Origin: Takakia lepidozioides
Taxonomy: Eukaryota > Plantae > Bryophyta
DNA: 64,000 nt
Assembly: GCA_030704615.1 (NCBI GenBank)
Contig: CM060733.1
Span: forward strand, 42,904,001-42,968,000
Reading direction: 5' to 3'
Each line of letters opens with the position of its first letter. Position 1 is the stretch's first letter. The translations under genes were made by a program, and so were the position numbers. Under the pieces are notes generated by a model. The model ran no database searches. It was given only the letters and a program-made list of their open reading frames with translations, and was not told where the DNA came from. Below, one piece after another: positions 10,680 to 23,749 of the stretch.

Positions 10680-11770
10680 CCATACAGACCACCGGATATC
10701 CAAGCTATCAATTGAATTGTGTCTGCACCTGTGTTTACAAACATTGAGAGTCTTTAGGCCTTTTGGGGCTCCGATGTTGGGCTCCGCCATACAGCCATTT
10801 GCTGATTGTGTGAATAGATGTCCACTCCCTATGTGCAAAACCCAGATGGATGTTCTGTTTCCTGGTAAGTGTGTATGATGGTACTGATGTGAACCCGCCC
10901 ACATTATGTTTCCTCACCAATGAATGGCCTTACATGTTATGAGGACATTCTGTCCCTCTCCTTTTCAGTTTTTGGCACTTGCGCTGCAGGGGAGTGGGTT
11001 TGAGGTCAGCCAATCCATAGTTGTGGTTGTGGGATCGTTTGTGCTCTGGTGACGTTGTGTTCAGTAGGACTACAGCTGATGCACCTTGTGTGTGGGATGT
11101 TTTTGGCAGCGGAAGGGGAGTGAAGCTGCAGCAAAGCACTCACAGCCACCACACAATGCCAACCAACACCAACCTTGGCACCCACCCCCTGCCGCATGGT
11201 CACAACGATCCCAGAAGATCAACAGCCAGAAAGACCTATGAGGAAAGCTGCCCACGTGTCTTCAACTGCAGCAGCAAAAAGAGGTTTAGTCATACGGATA
11301 AGAATAACATGAACTCTGGTGGTTGCAATGGTATAAACACACCTCCACGGAGCAAGCTAACTTACACCCTGCTCAAACCGTGCACACTACAACCTCCTGG
11401 CAAAAATAACCCTACTAAAAACCAGCCAGGCAAAGCAAGGAGCCATGAATGCATGCCTGGGGAACCACGTCCTGCTGTGATGATGGTGCCGGGGACAGCC
11501 CACTCATCTTGCTCACGCTTGAGGAAGTGTATCCATAAAGGAAACCAACCAAGTAAGTTTGCGGAGAGGGGCTGGGAACAACCATACCTTGGAGCCTGCC
11601 TCCTCATGCCGGGGGGGAAATCCGGAATGTTGCCGCCGTAGCACTATGGTCCTTGGCGCAGGACCCACCTTCTTCACAGACGACCCCACTGCCACTCCCT
11701 GTACATGTGGTCCCTGCAAAACATATAGTGCCAGCCTTGCGTGAGAGGGCATCCGGGGGGAACAAAACAA
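10680..11770 (-). pseudogene. possible degenerate KDZ/CxC-type transposase relic
   Basis: Scattered motif remnants (GPAPRTIV...GF; GLFLPGGCSVHG; LNVCKH) and short nucleotide matches to 59185-59250. Confidence 0.3.
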
Positions 11771-11791
11771 ACATATCTTTTGGGTTCGATG

Positions 11792-12460
11792 TCATGTTGC
11801 AGACAGTAAGGTTAGTTTCACCTGCATGGGCGCAGAAGTACTTCCCCCAACGACCCCATCCTCTCCCACATTCAAGCTGCCAGTCGGGGTCAGCTTCCGC
11901 GTGCTTGTGAAGACACGCACATCCTTGGAGCAAAACCAATCTTGGCAGTAGGGCCAGACTGTTTCTAAAAGGTACTCTGAATCGGGCCCCTCACTGATAT
12001 TGCTAGTGACATCAAACGACAATGGATGGACCATGTTCAAAGGGGAGTTCCCCCTCCCCTTGTGTGGTGAATCATCCACTAGGAGGGTGTTGGATTCGTT
12101 AAATCCAGAAAATTCCGACCACACCCTCGACAGTCTCTTCTGTAAGTTCTGTACGGCAGGCCCTTTTGTGGGGTGTGGCTCTGTCAAGGGGTCACACTCC
12201 TCTTGTGACCACACAAAGAGGGGAGAACCCTTGACCCCCTGCATCACCACTTTGAAGATGTCTGCAACATTCCCCTTGGAAGCACAGGACCATATCCTAA
12301 CGTAGAAATGTCGGAAGAGAAGGTTTAAAAACTCGCAGACCTGGGGCCTTGGGAAAACATACTTGTTGGTGGTCAACACCCATGGCCAATGACGCCTCGG
12401 GTTGGGCTGAAAGTTAGGAATAGAGTGGCACAGGATCCCGTTCAGGTCTAGAACAATTAG
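11792..12460 (-). pseudogene. FCP1/NIF-type HAD phosphatase domain (DLNG subtype)
   Basis: Extending ORF 11792-12379 upstream in frame gives LIVLDLNGILCH (from 12460), then RPQVCEFL...IWSCA...FVWSQEEC...KRLSRVW...NTLLVDDSPHK. Confidence 0.8.
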
Positions 12461-13332
12461 TTTCGACTATCTATGAAAGGAGCTTTTGAAGGGGTGTCAC
12501 GGGGTCTCACCTCAGTGGGTTGGGAGACAACAGTCACCCTGGAGGGCAAAGTTTCGGTCCCCCTGCAGCCTGGACCAGGCAAACTACCACCCTCTCCCCC
12601 TACAGCTTCCCCTTTTCCCTTGATAGAATGAGCAATGACCCCCCCCATCGTCCATGTCATCCCCACCAACTCGCTGGACCTCTCCCTCTTCAACGAGTGG
12701 ACCCTGCCCCCCACTGTGAATATCATCAACAACAGGCTGGACCTCTGTCACATCCCTACCCACTACAATTACTTCCTCCTTCTCAGGTACAATGGTCGCA
12801 GCAGGGGGGTCTTCCATAATGCCACCCGTCACACCCCCTTTTTGCCTCATCATGAGTTCCACTATCTTCTTCAGTTGTGCTTCCATTCCCCTCTCCCGCT
12901 CCGCAGAGAGAGCCGCAAGCCTCTCCAGGGCCCCGATGCGGGCTGCCATTGAGTTCCCCGCTCCCTACGCATACAAACACCCACCCGTACTGTTAAAAAC
13001 CAGAAGAAGAGGCCGAATGTGCAGGATTTCAGGCATTCAGAGATGGCTGGGTTTGGCATAACACCCCTCGTGTACCATGCGTGGGGCCCCACATACCCAC
13101 CAAATCTTAGTACAACAACAGATTCATGAATGGAAACCGGACTTCAAAACATACCTGGCTCAAAACAGACTCTGATGGGGTGCCAGTCGCATAGTTCTTT
13201 TGCTCCGCGCCGAGCTCGGACAGTGACGGGCTCCGCGCTTTGCGTCTTTTCTGTATTTGCCCATCCACACACGGTCAGTACAAAATGCCAGGAGCATATG
13301 GACAAAGCATTGCCCTGCATATCACATAACAA

Positions 13333-14252
13333 CTAATTCTGCACAAGCAATAAAACCCACTCGTGGGTGTCTCTTCCATCAGAACATGCCACAACGTAGG
13401 AGCAATGAGAAGGGGGTGAGGAGATTACCAAACGGGCTGCTTGGCCTGCAACTCCTGCCCGGCCCCAACGCGAGGGGTTCGTGACACAAGCACACGTTTG
13501 CTTCATCCCTTCAGCCTTTGCAAGTCCACGAGGGGACTCCCAGTAGGCAACAAGCTTATCCCAATAGGCGGGTTCAGTGTTCATTGGCCTCACACCAGTC
13601 TTTGCCCATTTATCTTTCAGTTTTGCTCTTTCTCTTTTCATTATCTTCCCACATTGCTTCACTATAAAATCACGATTGGCAGGGATAGGTCTGTACTCGT
13701 ACATTCCATTTATGCCCTCTATTATTGTTGACATGGCACTTTGGGACTGCTGGTCAATGTCTTGTACGCTTGAGTCAAGGTAACGCAATGCCAGGCCACA
13801 CAAATCACGCTGCCAGTGTTTCTTACCTTCGCAGCCAACATTGATGACTCCATTTCCATGCACCTCCACCTTGTGGCGCTTTAGCCCTGCAGCCACCCTT
13901 CCCTCTCTATCTCCTTCCCATTGTTTCATGGCATGGCGTCGTTCCTTCCTTAGCTCTGATGTCCGTTTCCTGCCCCCATGCTCTGGAGCAGCGCCGTCAT
14001 ACGTTGTGGGGGGTGACTGATGTGTGCCGGAGGGGGGAGGGCCGTATGGAGATGTGGGAGGCCCCCAACGCCAACTACAGCAGTCTGTTGTCTACTGCTA
14101 ATGCCTGACTCCCAGTATGCAATCAACTCGTCCAACTGTTCTCCACTCAAATCAGTCTGAGTTCCTTGGGAAACATAAATCCTGTCCCCTTGTGTGCACA
14201 AGCTAAGAGAAGAGACCTGCCCTTCAATTATGTCCTCATTTCCCCCAGCCAT
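13333..14252 (-). pseudogene. En/Spm TnpA-like (Transposase_24-like) protein fragment
   Basis: RAKLKDKW...RP...AYWDKLVAYWESP...KAEGMK...SRWGRAG resembles the TnpA/Ptta region. Confidence 0.55.
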
Positions 14253-16451
14253 ACAAGGAGTACATCCACAGATTTGTCTCTCATATAGACCAGCACAGGT
14301 TCTAGAAACAGAATTGTGGATCTTTCATGACACACTCACACTCTAAAAATTCCATAGATTTTTAGCAGAGTCCTAGATAGGTAGATATCCCCTTTCTGCA
14401 GCTATCCCCCCAAAAACTGAGTCAAACAGAGCCCATATGACAAAGATATGACCAATTAGGCTCTAAATCATTCGAATTAGATCAAAAAGGTTTTTTTTTT
14501 TTTTTTTAACACCAAAACGTTCTCGCCATTAAAAACTGTTACCATGTTATCTACGGGTTGATCTGTCGGATAAGTGATATCCACACTTGTGCCCTCCGTT
14601 CCCTGCAGTTTCCCGATTTTCCATCTGAACAGCCCGTCTCGAGTTCTCCACACATGGGCGGGTCTTGGGGAATTACGATGAATACAGTGGCACGCTGAAG
14701 CTCAACAGCAGGTAGACAATGTGTCCGTTAATGTAAAGAGCCTGGCAGATCAACAGTTTGAAATGATCAATGCTTCATCTCCTGTTATGCCATTCGCATC
14801 AGCCTGCCGTAGATTGTCTGTCAACCAATATCCGAGTTCAATTGTCCAAGCAGAAATCTACTAGAAATCTACCAACCGGCTACTGATTCCATAAATACTG
14901 GCAACTCCCATTCCGGATCTGTACTCAATGGATCAGTATAGAGTGGCTGCCCTTAGGGCGCGCTTCATCCCAACCAGGGTAATCTGCACTGAAGCCGAGA
15001 TGACACTTGAAGCGGCTGCTTCCACAATGCTCCCTCTTTGGTGCATTCATCGTGCTAATCTAGCACTGCCCAAACCACGCCACAACTCTCGTTGGTGCAG
15101 GAAGTATGGCTGCCGCATTGCAGGTCTCGGGTCAGGCTCTCCATATCCTAGGCGTGCATATTGCTGCTGATATTGGGGCTGCCTTCAAATTGACTGCCAA
15201 TAGGCCCGAACCTGTTTCATTAAAACCGAGACTGTCGAATTTCCGTCCAAAAAATGCTAGTGGGTATTTGCCATGACAGGCACCTGACAATGTATGAAAG
15301 CCCACCATAAAATCCGAATATCTTCAATCAGAAGTTGGAATTCGTAATGGCCTCCATTCTGGTCTGTTTCATCGCCCCTTTGGCCTGCTTCATGATCAGC
15401 TCCTACGCTAACTCAATTTTCCCACGGATTGTAATAGATCCAACTCTTTTCTTAGAGTTCAAGAGGGTTCAAAAGAGGGGCCTCTTCGGCTAGCTGACAA
15501 CAGGCATGTGCCCATTGATACTCCGGTCAAGAGTAACACCTGAAAAGCTGAATTTGGTAGATCCTAAGTACTTTACATTCCAGTTTTCTCGTTAAGTAAC
15601 CTGCAGTACTCATACATAATCGACTAACCGTAATAAGGAGCTTAAGGAAGTCCTGGTGGATCAGGAGGCGGGGGCGAGGGAGGTGATGGACAGCACCTTA
15701 ATTACGCACTTGCTAGAAAATCTAGCCTGACCCCGTCCATCCATTTGCTTGCTTCCTCGTGATGTGCAGCCAGACAACCTCACATCAACCAGCCCACAAC
15801 CACTCCTTCATGGTGGCTGGACTATAGTCGCACACCGACTTCCCAACCATTGCTAGTAACCATTCCACATGAAAGCCAACGACGGCACAATCTGCCTTCA
15901 TGCCAGCCTGTCCCTCCTCGCTGACCAAGAAAACCAACGATAGCCAGCCAACTTCTCAACTCGGCCTTTACTGATTGCACACCATGATATATGCCATGAA
16001 CAACTTCACCAAATCGTTTGTCATCAGTACCGATATACCATTGGCACGACGACTTGTAGACATGAGCCCATCAACCAGTCCAACACCTTGGCTGCTCACT
16101 ATGTGCAGGTCTGAAACCATCAGTCTGCTCAGGAATTACCTATAGCATGGTATTTTTATCTCTGCAGCTGAAGTCGAAGACCACGGTCCACCTACTCGCG
16201 TAACCAGCTGCACCTCCGTTTCTAACCACCAAGACAATGAAGGCTTGCATCCCAGCCTTGCGAGACAACAATAATGCTGATCGTTTCACCATGCTCGGCT
16301 CTCAATCTGCCGCTCAGCCAGTGACCGTTATAAAGGGAGAATACCCATGCACTTTTGTGTTACCGCTTTCAACACACACAAAATCCACAAGTGCTAAAAA
16401 CTAATTAAGCTCACATCTTGCACTCACAGATGCAAACTGATCTCTCTCGAG

Positions 16452-16807
16452 TGATAAACAAAGCTAAAAATGACACACACTCCCAACACAAGAAATATGA
16501 AATCCATCGCTATCACTCATTGAAACAGAAGTCGAGCCAGGAGCACCCCAAGCTATGGGGACTCCACCCCACAACAACCTGTACCCCTACATAAGCACAC
16601 TCAAACCTAAACGATGCAGGAGCTCGGTCGCGCAGGCTCAACTCGAGAGAGATGAGCCACGCGACCGCCGCTCTCGTGAAGATAAGGCCGTTCAGGTGTC
16701 AAACTAAACTTGACACCTGATTTAACACTTGACCTAAATCCAAGTGTTAAATACAAATAACTAGTTTTATGCTAGCTGTTTTCACACTGTGCTTATTTAA
16801 CTTGACA
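16452..16807 (-). repeat. 356-bp hairpin-rich repeat, copy 2 (inverted)
   Basis: tgataaacaaagc...atttaacttgaca is the reverse complement of 7738-8093. Confidence 0.9.
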
Positions 16808-17634
16808 CTATAGTCGCTTGTGTCAAAATCCAAACTGGAAGACCGCCCACTGCTCTGCCTTCCCTCTCGCACCGATGCCATCTGTACCACATTCAGTCGA
16901 GCCAGGCGGGGGCTCCTTCGCACCGCGGGGCTGGAATGTGCACAAGTGGGAGGAGGTGATGCTGCCTCGGCGGTCGACCGCTTCTTACTAGGCGTGGACA
17001 TAGACCATGACAAAGATGAAGACGAGCGAGGACATAGACCATGAGCAAGACAAAGACGAGCGAGGAAGACCAAGACATGCAAAGGAGGAAAGAAAGACAA
17101 GGAGGGGAGTGTGATCACGCACCCCCCGAGCTCAAGGTGAAGATCCGGCTGTTGTTGATTTCAAATATGAACACGTGTCGTGCATCCGACACTATGGCCT
17201 TTTCGACTTTGAGACGTTAAACCCTAAACCACTTACAGTCCTCCAGACAACTAGATGTAGTGATTCACACAACTGACATTTGGTTGGCCTGTTATGCAGG
17301 CTTGTTCTGTAATCTCCAGTGGACATCATACAGTTTCTTTGTTTCTTTCATTTTTTGTAATGCTTGAACAGTTCATATCCTCAATGTCTTATTGCGGTCC
17401 AGGCTTCAAGCAAATGAGAGGTAGTCCTGGTAGGATGGTCAATGTCCTTAAAAGCGGCCTTGTCTATTATCCATCCAAAAACTAAAGGTCTCATCTATCA
17501 TGGTTAATATATGCTTGGATAAGAAAATGACTCGGTATGTCTTCTTTTTCACAATCACGGGGAGGGTTACCTCGACTCACTAGCTGATCTCTTAGCACAA
17601 TTGACACCAAGCCCTTGACACGGTTTTCATGTGC

Positions 17635-17750
17635 ATGTCAGCATGCTCCAAAACAGCCAATGTGGCTGTTCGGGGCGAGTTTGGCATTCGTTCCTTAAGC
17701 TCCCGACGACATAAATTCAAGGTCAGATGGTGGGGCCAGTTGCAACAATG
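17635..17750 (+). mobile_element. short internal fragment of LINE family A
   Basis: Matches 9855-9965 and the reverse complement of ~60450-60560. Confidence 0.8.
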
Positions 17751-17899
17751 AACCGATATTAGCCTTGAGTAGTTCTCTGACTCTTTGTGGGCCCTTCTAT
17801 GGTTATTTGTTTGTTGTTCTACTCCTTGTGGCCCTTTAGGAATCCCACAGACGTGATACACATATCTCTTTCCTCACTTTCGGTCCTTCACTGACTACC

Positions 17900-18530
17900 A
17901 GAAATGTCACACCGTATGTCTGCATCTGAAACTTTTCACCTTTGAGACAACATTCTGGAGCACGCTCTGCTAGCTTCACATTGTCATGTATTCTGCAGGC
18001 ACCAAGTAAAGCCCTACACTAAAGCATCTGGTTTAATTGGCATTCTGTTGATGAAATTCTCCGCCTCATCCAAGCGCCCTGCACGGCCAAGAAGGTCAAC
18101 CATGCAGCCAAAATGTTTTCCTGTTGGAATGATTCTATTATCACACACAACAGATTGATGCTTGTGTGAAGGGTTTTCTAGAGGATATCTGGAAAACCCG
18201 GATTAATTCCTTATATGATGGTAAGTCTTACTACCACCGTCAGCCCCTGACGGAGGTAGGTTCTGTTCCTTTTGTTCCTGCTCAAACTGGGCGCAGGGTC
18301 AATGGCCACAAGGCTACGGCATACAACGTCTTATGAGTACAATCTATAATCTCTACTCATAGAATGGAAATAGTGTTGTCCTTCATCTACTAGGCCCATA
18401 TGGCTGCATGCAGACAAAACTGCAATGAGTGCAACATCATTTGGCTTCACCCCTTGCGGTTTCAAAACTTGGTTGAAAAGTTGCAGAGCATCTTTGCCAT
18501 GCCCTTGCTGAGAATATCCGAAGACCTGCT
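17900..18530 (-). pseudogene. PLS/E-class PPR pseudogene interrupted by a LINE tail
   Basis: GYSQQGHGKDAL...VKPND...VLSACSHMGLVDEG...SMSRDY, then HFGCMVDLLGRAGRLDEAENFI..MPIKP...LLGACRIH. Confidence 0.85.
18143..18342 (+). mobile_element. 3' tail of LINE family A
   Basis: Matches the reverse complement of 59545-59750. Flanked by TCTATTATC (18134-18142) and TCTATAATC (18343-18351), a probable TSD. Confidence 0.85.
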
Positions 18531-19096
18531 TGCCCTCTTCTACAGCTGGGCACAGGGAGTGTCGTTGAGGCTGAAAAGGGGAAATTTGACCAGGTCATAT
18601 CCGTTTGTGTTACTTCGAAGGTGTGGGCCAGCCTGCCAGAAGGTCAAAACAGGTGCATGCTGACATATGAAAGTCTGGCGTCGTGGAGATTGTTGGCTGT
18701 GAGGTGGGGATGGGGTTATCATCTTTCCTGGTAAATGAAGATATGATTGACATATCTCCTCTCCCATAAACTGTCACATTTCCTATAGGAAGTTCTTGTG
18801 ACGCCCTTGACATGCTGTTGATGTGAATGAAAGCAGGCTGCAGTAGCAACAATGGAGAATTCAGGGTGTTTGGATTGGGGCAGAGCATACCATGGAAGAG
18901 AACAAGGGGCCCAATAGTTCGTGCAGTTGGGGGAGTTGATGTATGTACTTCCCCACACGGCCTTTGCCTCTCTTCACCATCTGTACCGAAGGTGCATAGA
19001 TGGAACAAATCTCCAGTCTTTTGGTGTGCTCTTGTAATTTTGATATGCCCATAGACCCACTTCTCTCTCCTGTCTGTCTTGAGTTCCCCAACAAAA

Positions 19097-22000
19097 ATGA
19101 GTTCCCCTCGCCCATGCGGAGGACTTCCAATTAATCACCCCTATAGACAGAACAACCGGGATGACAGGTTGTGGGAAAGAGAAGTGGCACGTGCCCGAGC
19201 CCTTGGGCTTTCAAGGATGCCATGCCCATGTGAACGTTGTTTGGGCACTACAAGTAGATCTGAGGACGGTGTGCGCACACATCTCCTTCACCACAAAAGA
19301 CATGAAGCATTTCGGGTGTGGATTGGAGATGGACCTGCAGACGAAGACGATGCGGAGTGGGCACAATTGGACAATGCACACCCCCGAGGGAGCCATACAG
19401 ACAGGCCAGACGAGGACTATGTCATGGGTGCAGGACAGGAACCAGGCATGGATGGAGGGGTGGAGATTACTCGAATGTTGCAGGAAGCATTCCACATCAT
19501 GGACGATGCTGAAGAGGGGGACGGCGCTGCGACAACTGGGGATGGTGATGACGCAGGAAATGAAGGCATTCACGTGGGGGAAGGCGTGGAAGGAGGTGGA
19601 GATGGAAATGAGAATTCTGCACACATGACACTAGAAGAAGCATGTGTGCCACTGTACGAGGGATGCAAATCCACAAAGCTTGCTGCCAGCATGCTGTTGA
19701 TGAACCTGTGCACAACCCACGGTGTGTCAGACCATTTTGTGGACGAGTTGTTCTCTTTGCTTCGGCTGAACTTGCTTCCACAACCAAATGAAATGCCAAA
19801 AAGCTGTCACATGGCCAACAAAATGATTGGGAAGCTCGGCCTCAACTACGTGAAAATACATGCATGTCCAAAAACATGTACTTTTCAGAAGAGAGTACAA
19901 GGACGCTATGGAGTGCCCCAAATGCGGTGCAGCCCGATACCATGATGTGGGCAGGTTACAACAGCCAGCCAAGGTGTTGAGGCACTTTCCCCGCATCCCC
20001 CGTCTATTACGAATGTACAAATGCAAGACCATTAGTGAGCTCATGACTTGGCATTCCAGGAATGCCTCAAACGATGGTTTGGTAAGGCATGTCCCAGATT
20101 GGAAGCATATAGATGCAACTTGGCCCGATTTCGCCGAGGACCCACGCAATGTGCGATTGGCTGTATCTACGGATGGAGTAAACCCAAACGGATCAAAGAG
20201 TTGCACATGGTCCACATGGCCCGTGCAGTTGGTGGCATACAACCTGCCACCATGGTTGACAACAAAGAAATTCTTTGTCATGTTGTCTCTCTTGATTCCA
20301 GGCAAGGAGTCCGTGACAAATGCAAACATAGATGTGTATTTGCAACCATTGATTGAAGAGCTACAGGAACTATGGATTGGAGTTGAAGCTTACGACATTT
20401 TGAAACCAGTAGGGCAACGGAGTTTCACCCTCCGTGCCATACTCATGTGGTCAATCCACGATTTCCCCGCATATGGCCTTGTTGCGGGTTGCAAGACAAA
20501 GGGCTACAAAGGGTGCCCCATTTGTGGGCCCTATGTGGATTCACGGCACTCAAAGCCATTAGGGAAGACAATATACATGGGGCATCGACGTTACCTTGCA
20601 AGAAACCACCCCTACCAACGAGCAGGCCGGCACTTCAATGGATGTGTTGAAAAGAGAATGGCACCAAATGTTGTGACACCGGAGGAGACATTGCAATTTG
20701 CAAAGGAGAAAGAGGCGTTCATGGAGATTGGAGGGAGAGAAGGAAGTAGTGCGGATCCAGCCATGTCGCACGGGGTGAAGCGCCGGACAATCCTTTGGGA
20801 TTTGCCATACTGGAAGGTGCATGAATCCCCCCCCCCCCAATTCACTCACTTTCTTTCACATTGTGCTTCCTGGAATTACCTTTACTGTCAGGAGTCCTTC
20901 CACCAACTCCTAAGTCAGTGTAACTACTATGCAGTAGATGTTGAAGTCGTACACCTCACCGTGTAGAGGATCGTGCAGTTGTTGAAAGCAGAATGTAGTA
21001 ACATGGACAACTTCTGCCACATATTCTACTATTTTTGCCCATAGAACTTGGTCTCATGGGAGGACATTTGGCATTTCAGAACCTCTTGCAGCGGTACCTC
21101 CTGGACCCCATGCATTGTGAGAAGAACTTCTACGAGAACATTCTGAAGACTATCTTTGGGGAGAAGGATACGATAAACGTACAAAAGAACATGGAGATTG
21201 AAGGGAACGGTCACATCTGTGGCTAAGACCTGATCCAAATAGACCAGGCAAAGTGCTCATGCCAGCAGCATCATACGTCCTGACCAAATCAGAGCAAGAG
21301 GAATTTTTGAAGACATTGGGAGCCATGAAAGTGCCAACCGGATTCTCGGGTGCTTTCCAAAAGCATGCCATAAACAAGAAATGGTCGGGGATGAAGTCAC
21401 ATGATCTACACGTGATGATGCAGCAGATTTTGCCAGTGTGCATTCGGGGTACGATGGCGTCGGGTCCTCGAACAGCCATAATGCGTGTAAGTCGAGTGTT
21501 TAGGAAGATTTGTGCGAAGGTGTGGGATCCGAGGGACATTACATCGCTGCATGAGGATGTGGCTGTGACCCTATGTTTGCTGGAGAAAGAATTCCCTCCA
21601 TCATTCTTTGACGTCATGACGCACTTGCTAATGCATCTTGTAGAGGAGCTGCATGTGTGTGGGCCCGTAGCCAGCCGTTGGATGTACCCCATGGAGAGGT
21701 ACATCAAGGATCTGAAGGGGTATGTACGCAACATGGCACGGCCAGAGGGGAGTATGGCGGAGGGCTACATCCGCGACGAAGCCCTGGGCTTCATGACAGA
21801 GTATATGTCTTCATTTGATGCAATACAACGACGGGTGTGGGACGAGAACGAGGAAGAAGGAGTTGTAGGCGAGGTCCTAGAAGGTGGTGGAACAAAGCGT
21901 GCCATGAGCCCGCGCCTTCGGGATGTGGCACATGATTATGTACTGAACAACACAACAACCATGACACCATGGAGACAGTGGGTGTAAACTTTACATCCCT

Positions 22001-23155
22001 CCTGTGCTATTCTTAATGGTCTTTGTATGCATGAATTACATATATATTGTCACAAGTCATCAGCCACTATGGGAGTGGGATCGTGTACTAACAGGGTGCT
22101 TCAGACGACAACAGAGGGTGTTTCGTAGTTGGTGTTGTTGCTTGCAAGTGATCATGAAGTAGGCTGCATCACTACAATGTGCTTGAAAGGACACACTCTA
22201 CATGTGGCATGCATGTACAGTACGGTGTTGGTCAGGGGGACTGAGTTGCAGCTTCTATTTGGTTTCTGCCAGAAAATACGCAGCAGAGAAGGTCCGCCTG
22301 AAAACGGAACGGAGAGCATTTGCAAAAGCATGGTGGAGGGGCGGTCGTAGGCGCAGATCCCCGGTGGAGTACCCGACAACAATGGAGGAGCTGCAGCCCT
22401 TTACAGTGTGGGTCAGATCTGCAATTGCAGTGTACGCATCAGAGAACGACCCAGATGAGGGCATGGTGAGTCTGTCATTCCCCCCAGGGCTGATTGCCAC
22501 TTCGTACCGGTCAATGAAAGCATATGGCAATCACTATAGAGTGGACGATGCCAACACCAGCCTCCTGGTGACTTATGACAGCGGAGTGGCATCATTTTTT
22601 GAACAAGAGAGTAGGAGCTGTGCACGAGATCGGAATCCAATTTCATGCCATGTGCAATATGTAGGAGTGATCAAAGAGATCCTTAAACTAGACTATGGTC
22701 TTGTGAAGCCAATTCTATTCCGTTGTTCTTGGGTAAAAGCCAATATGGTAGGAGAGAATGCCACCATGAAACGGGATGAGTACGGGTTCCTCCTTGCTGA
22801 TTTCAGAAAAATGCTACCACAAGATGAAGAGCCATTCATCTTCCCATCGCAAGTTGAGCAAGTTTTCTTTTCAGATGACATCCATGCGCCGGGATGGAAG
22901 GTGGTTCTTCACAAGGACCCCCGGGCCAAACGAGTCATTGCCGACGTCCATGATCTGGACCTAGGGGAGAATGCCGACCACGAGGGTCTGAGGGAACCAC
23001 AAAATCTACCAGATACGGCCGAACCAGTCTCTTTGGAAGGAGCAGTTACCTTTAATGAGGAAGACATTCCAGGGTTGGTAATTACCGCCAGGCAAATTGC
23101 AGATGTGGGTAGTGAAGGGGAAGATTATTTGGATACGGATAGTGAGCCCAGCTGA
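19097..23155 (+). mobile_element. CACTA/En-Spm TnpD transposase gene (Transposase_21, DUF4218- and DUF4216-like regions), with introns and frameshifts
   Basis: CPCERC; IHACP; RNVRLAVSTDGVNP; STWPV; LIPG; DVYLQPLIEEL; IHDFPAYG; DPMHCEKN; GMKSHD; RWMYPMER; RPEGSMAEGY; DSGV...YVGVIKEI...FRCSWV...EPFIFPSQVEQVFF. Confidence 0.92.
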
Positions 23156-23749
23156 ATCTCAGTGTCCATTAAGCCAGCAGCTCATATACGAGAGCTATGC
23201 TAAGGACTCTTACTGTCCTTAGAACCCATTTTGTATAGTCCTGCTTATAAGCAAGGGCGAAACAGTTAATAGTATCGATAATGTATGGGTATGTGGTCAC
23301 TGATTATCTTGTGAACAAACCTTTTTTTGTTCTGCCCATATTGTTTCTGGCATGTGAGGAGAGGATCGTCTTCATGTACGGGAAGTAGACGTGAATGTGT
23401 GCATGCATTTTCTGGCCCATCTGCATGCTTTCCAAGAACAAAGACCAGTGGAATGGGGGGTGTCTCCAAAGGAGCAGGACCGAACGACACCTTTTTGTGC
23501 TTCCCTTGCTTTCCTTCTCACCGTTGTTCCATTCTCCCACCTGCCCAACAGCAGCACTCTCGAAGCAATAGCATGACATATGTTCGCACATGGTCTTCTT
23601 CACCAGTGAATGAGCTTTTATGCTACATGTACTGCCCCGTCCACATTAACGTTGATCCCTACAAGCACTTGGCAAGACACCCCAGAGCCGCAAATCCAGT
23701 AACCACCACAAACACATCTAACTGATTGTAGTGACACGAGAATAGCTCA

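Noticed and set aside
16452-16807. Solo LTR call for the 356-bp repeat
   Set aside because: It has TG...CA ends, but neither copy has a TSD, a convincing PBS or a PPT.
17190-23733. CACTA terminal inverted repeats around TnpD
   Set aside because: Several CACTA/TAGTG pentamers exist, but no pair extends into a matching TIR with a 3-bp TSD.
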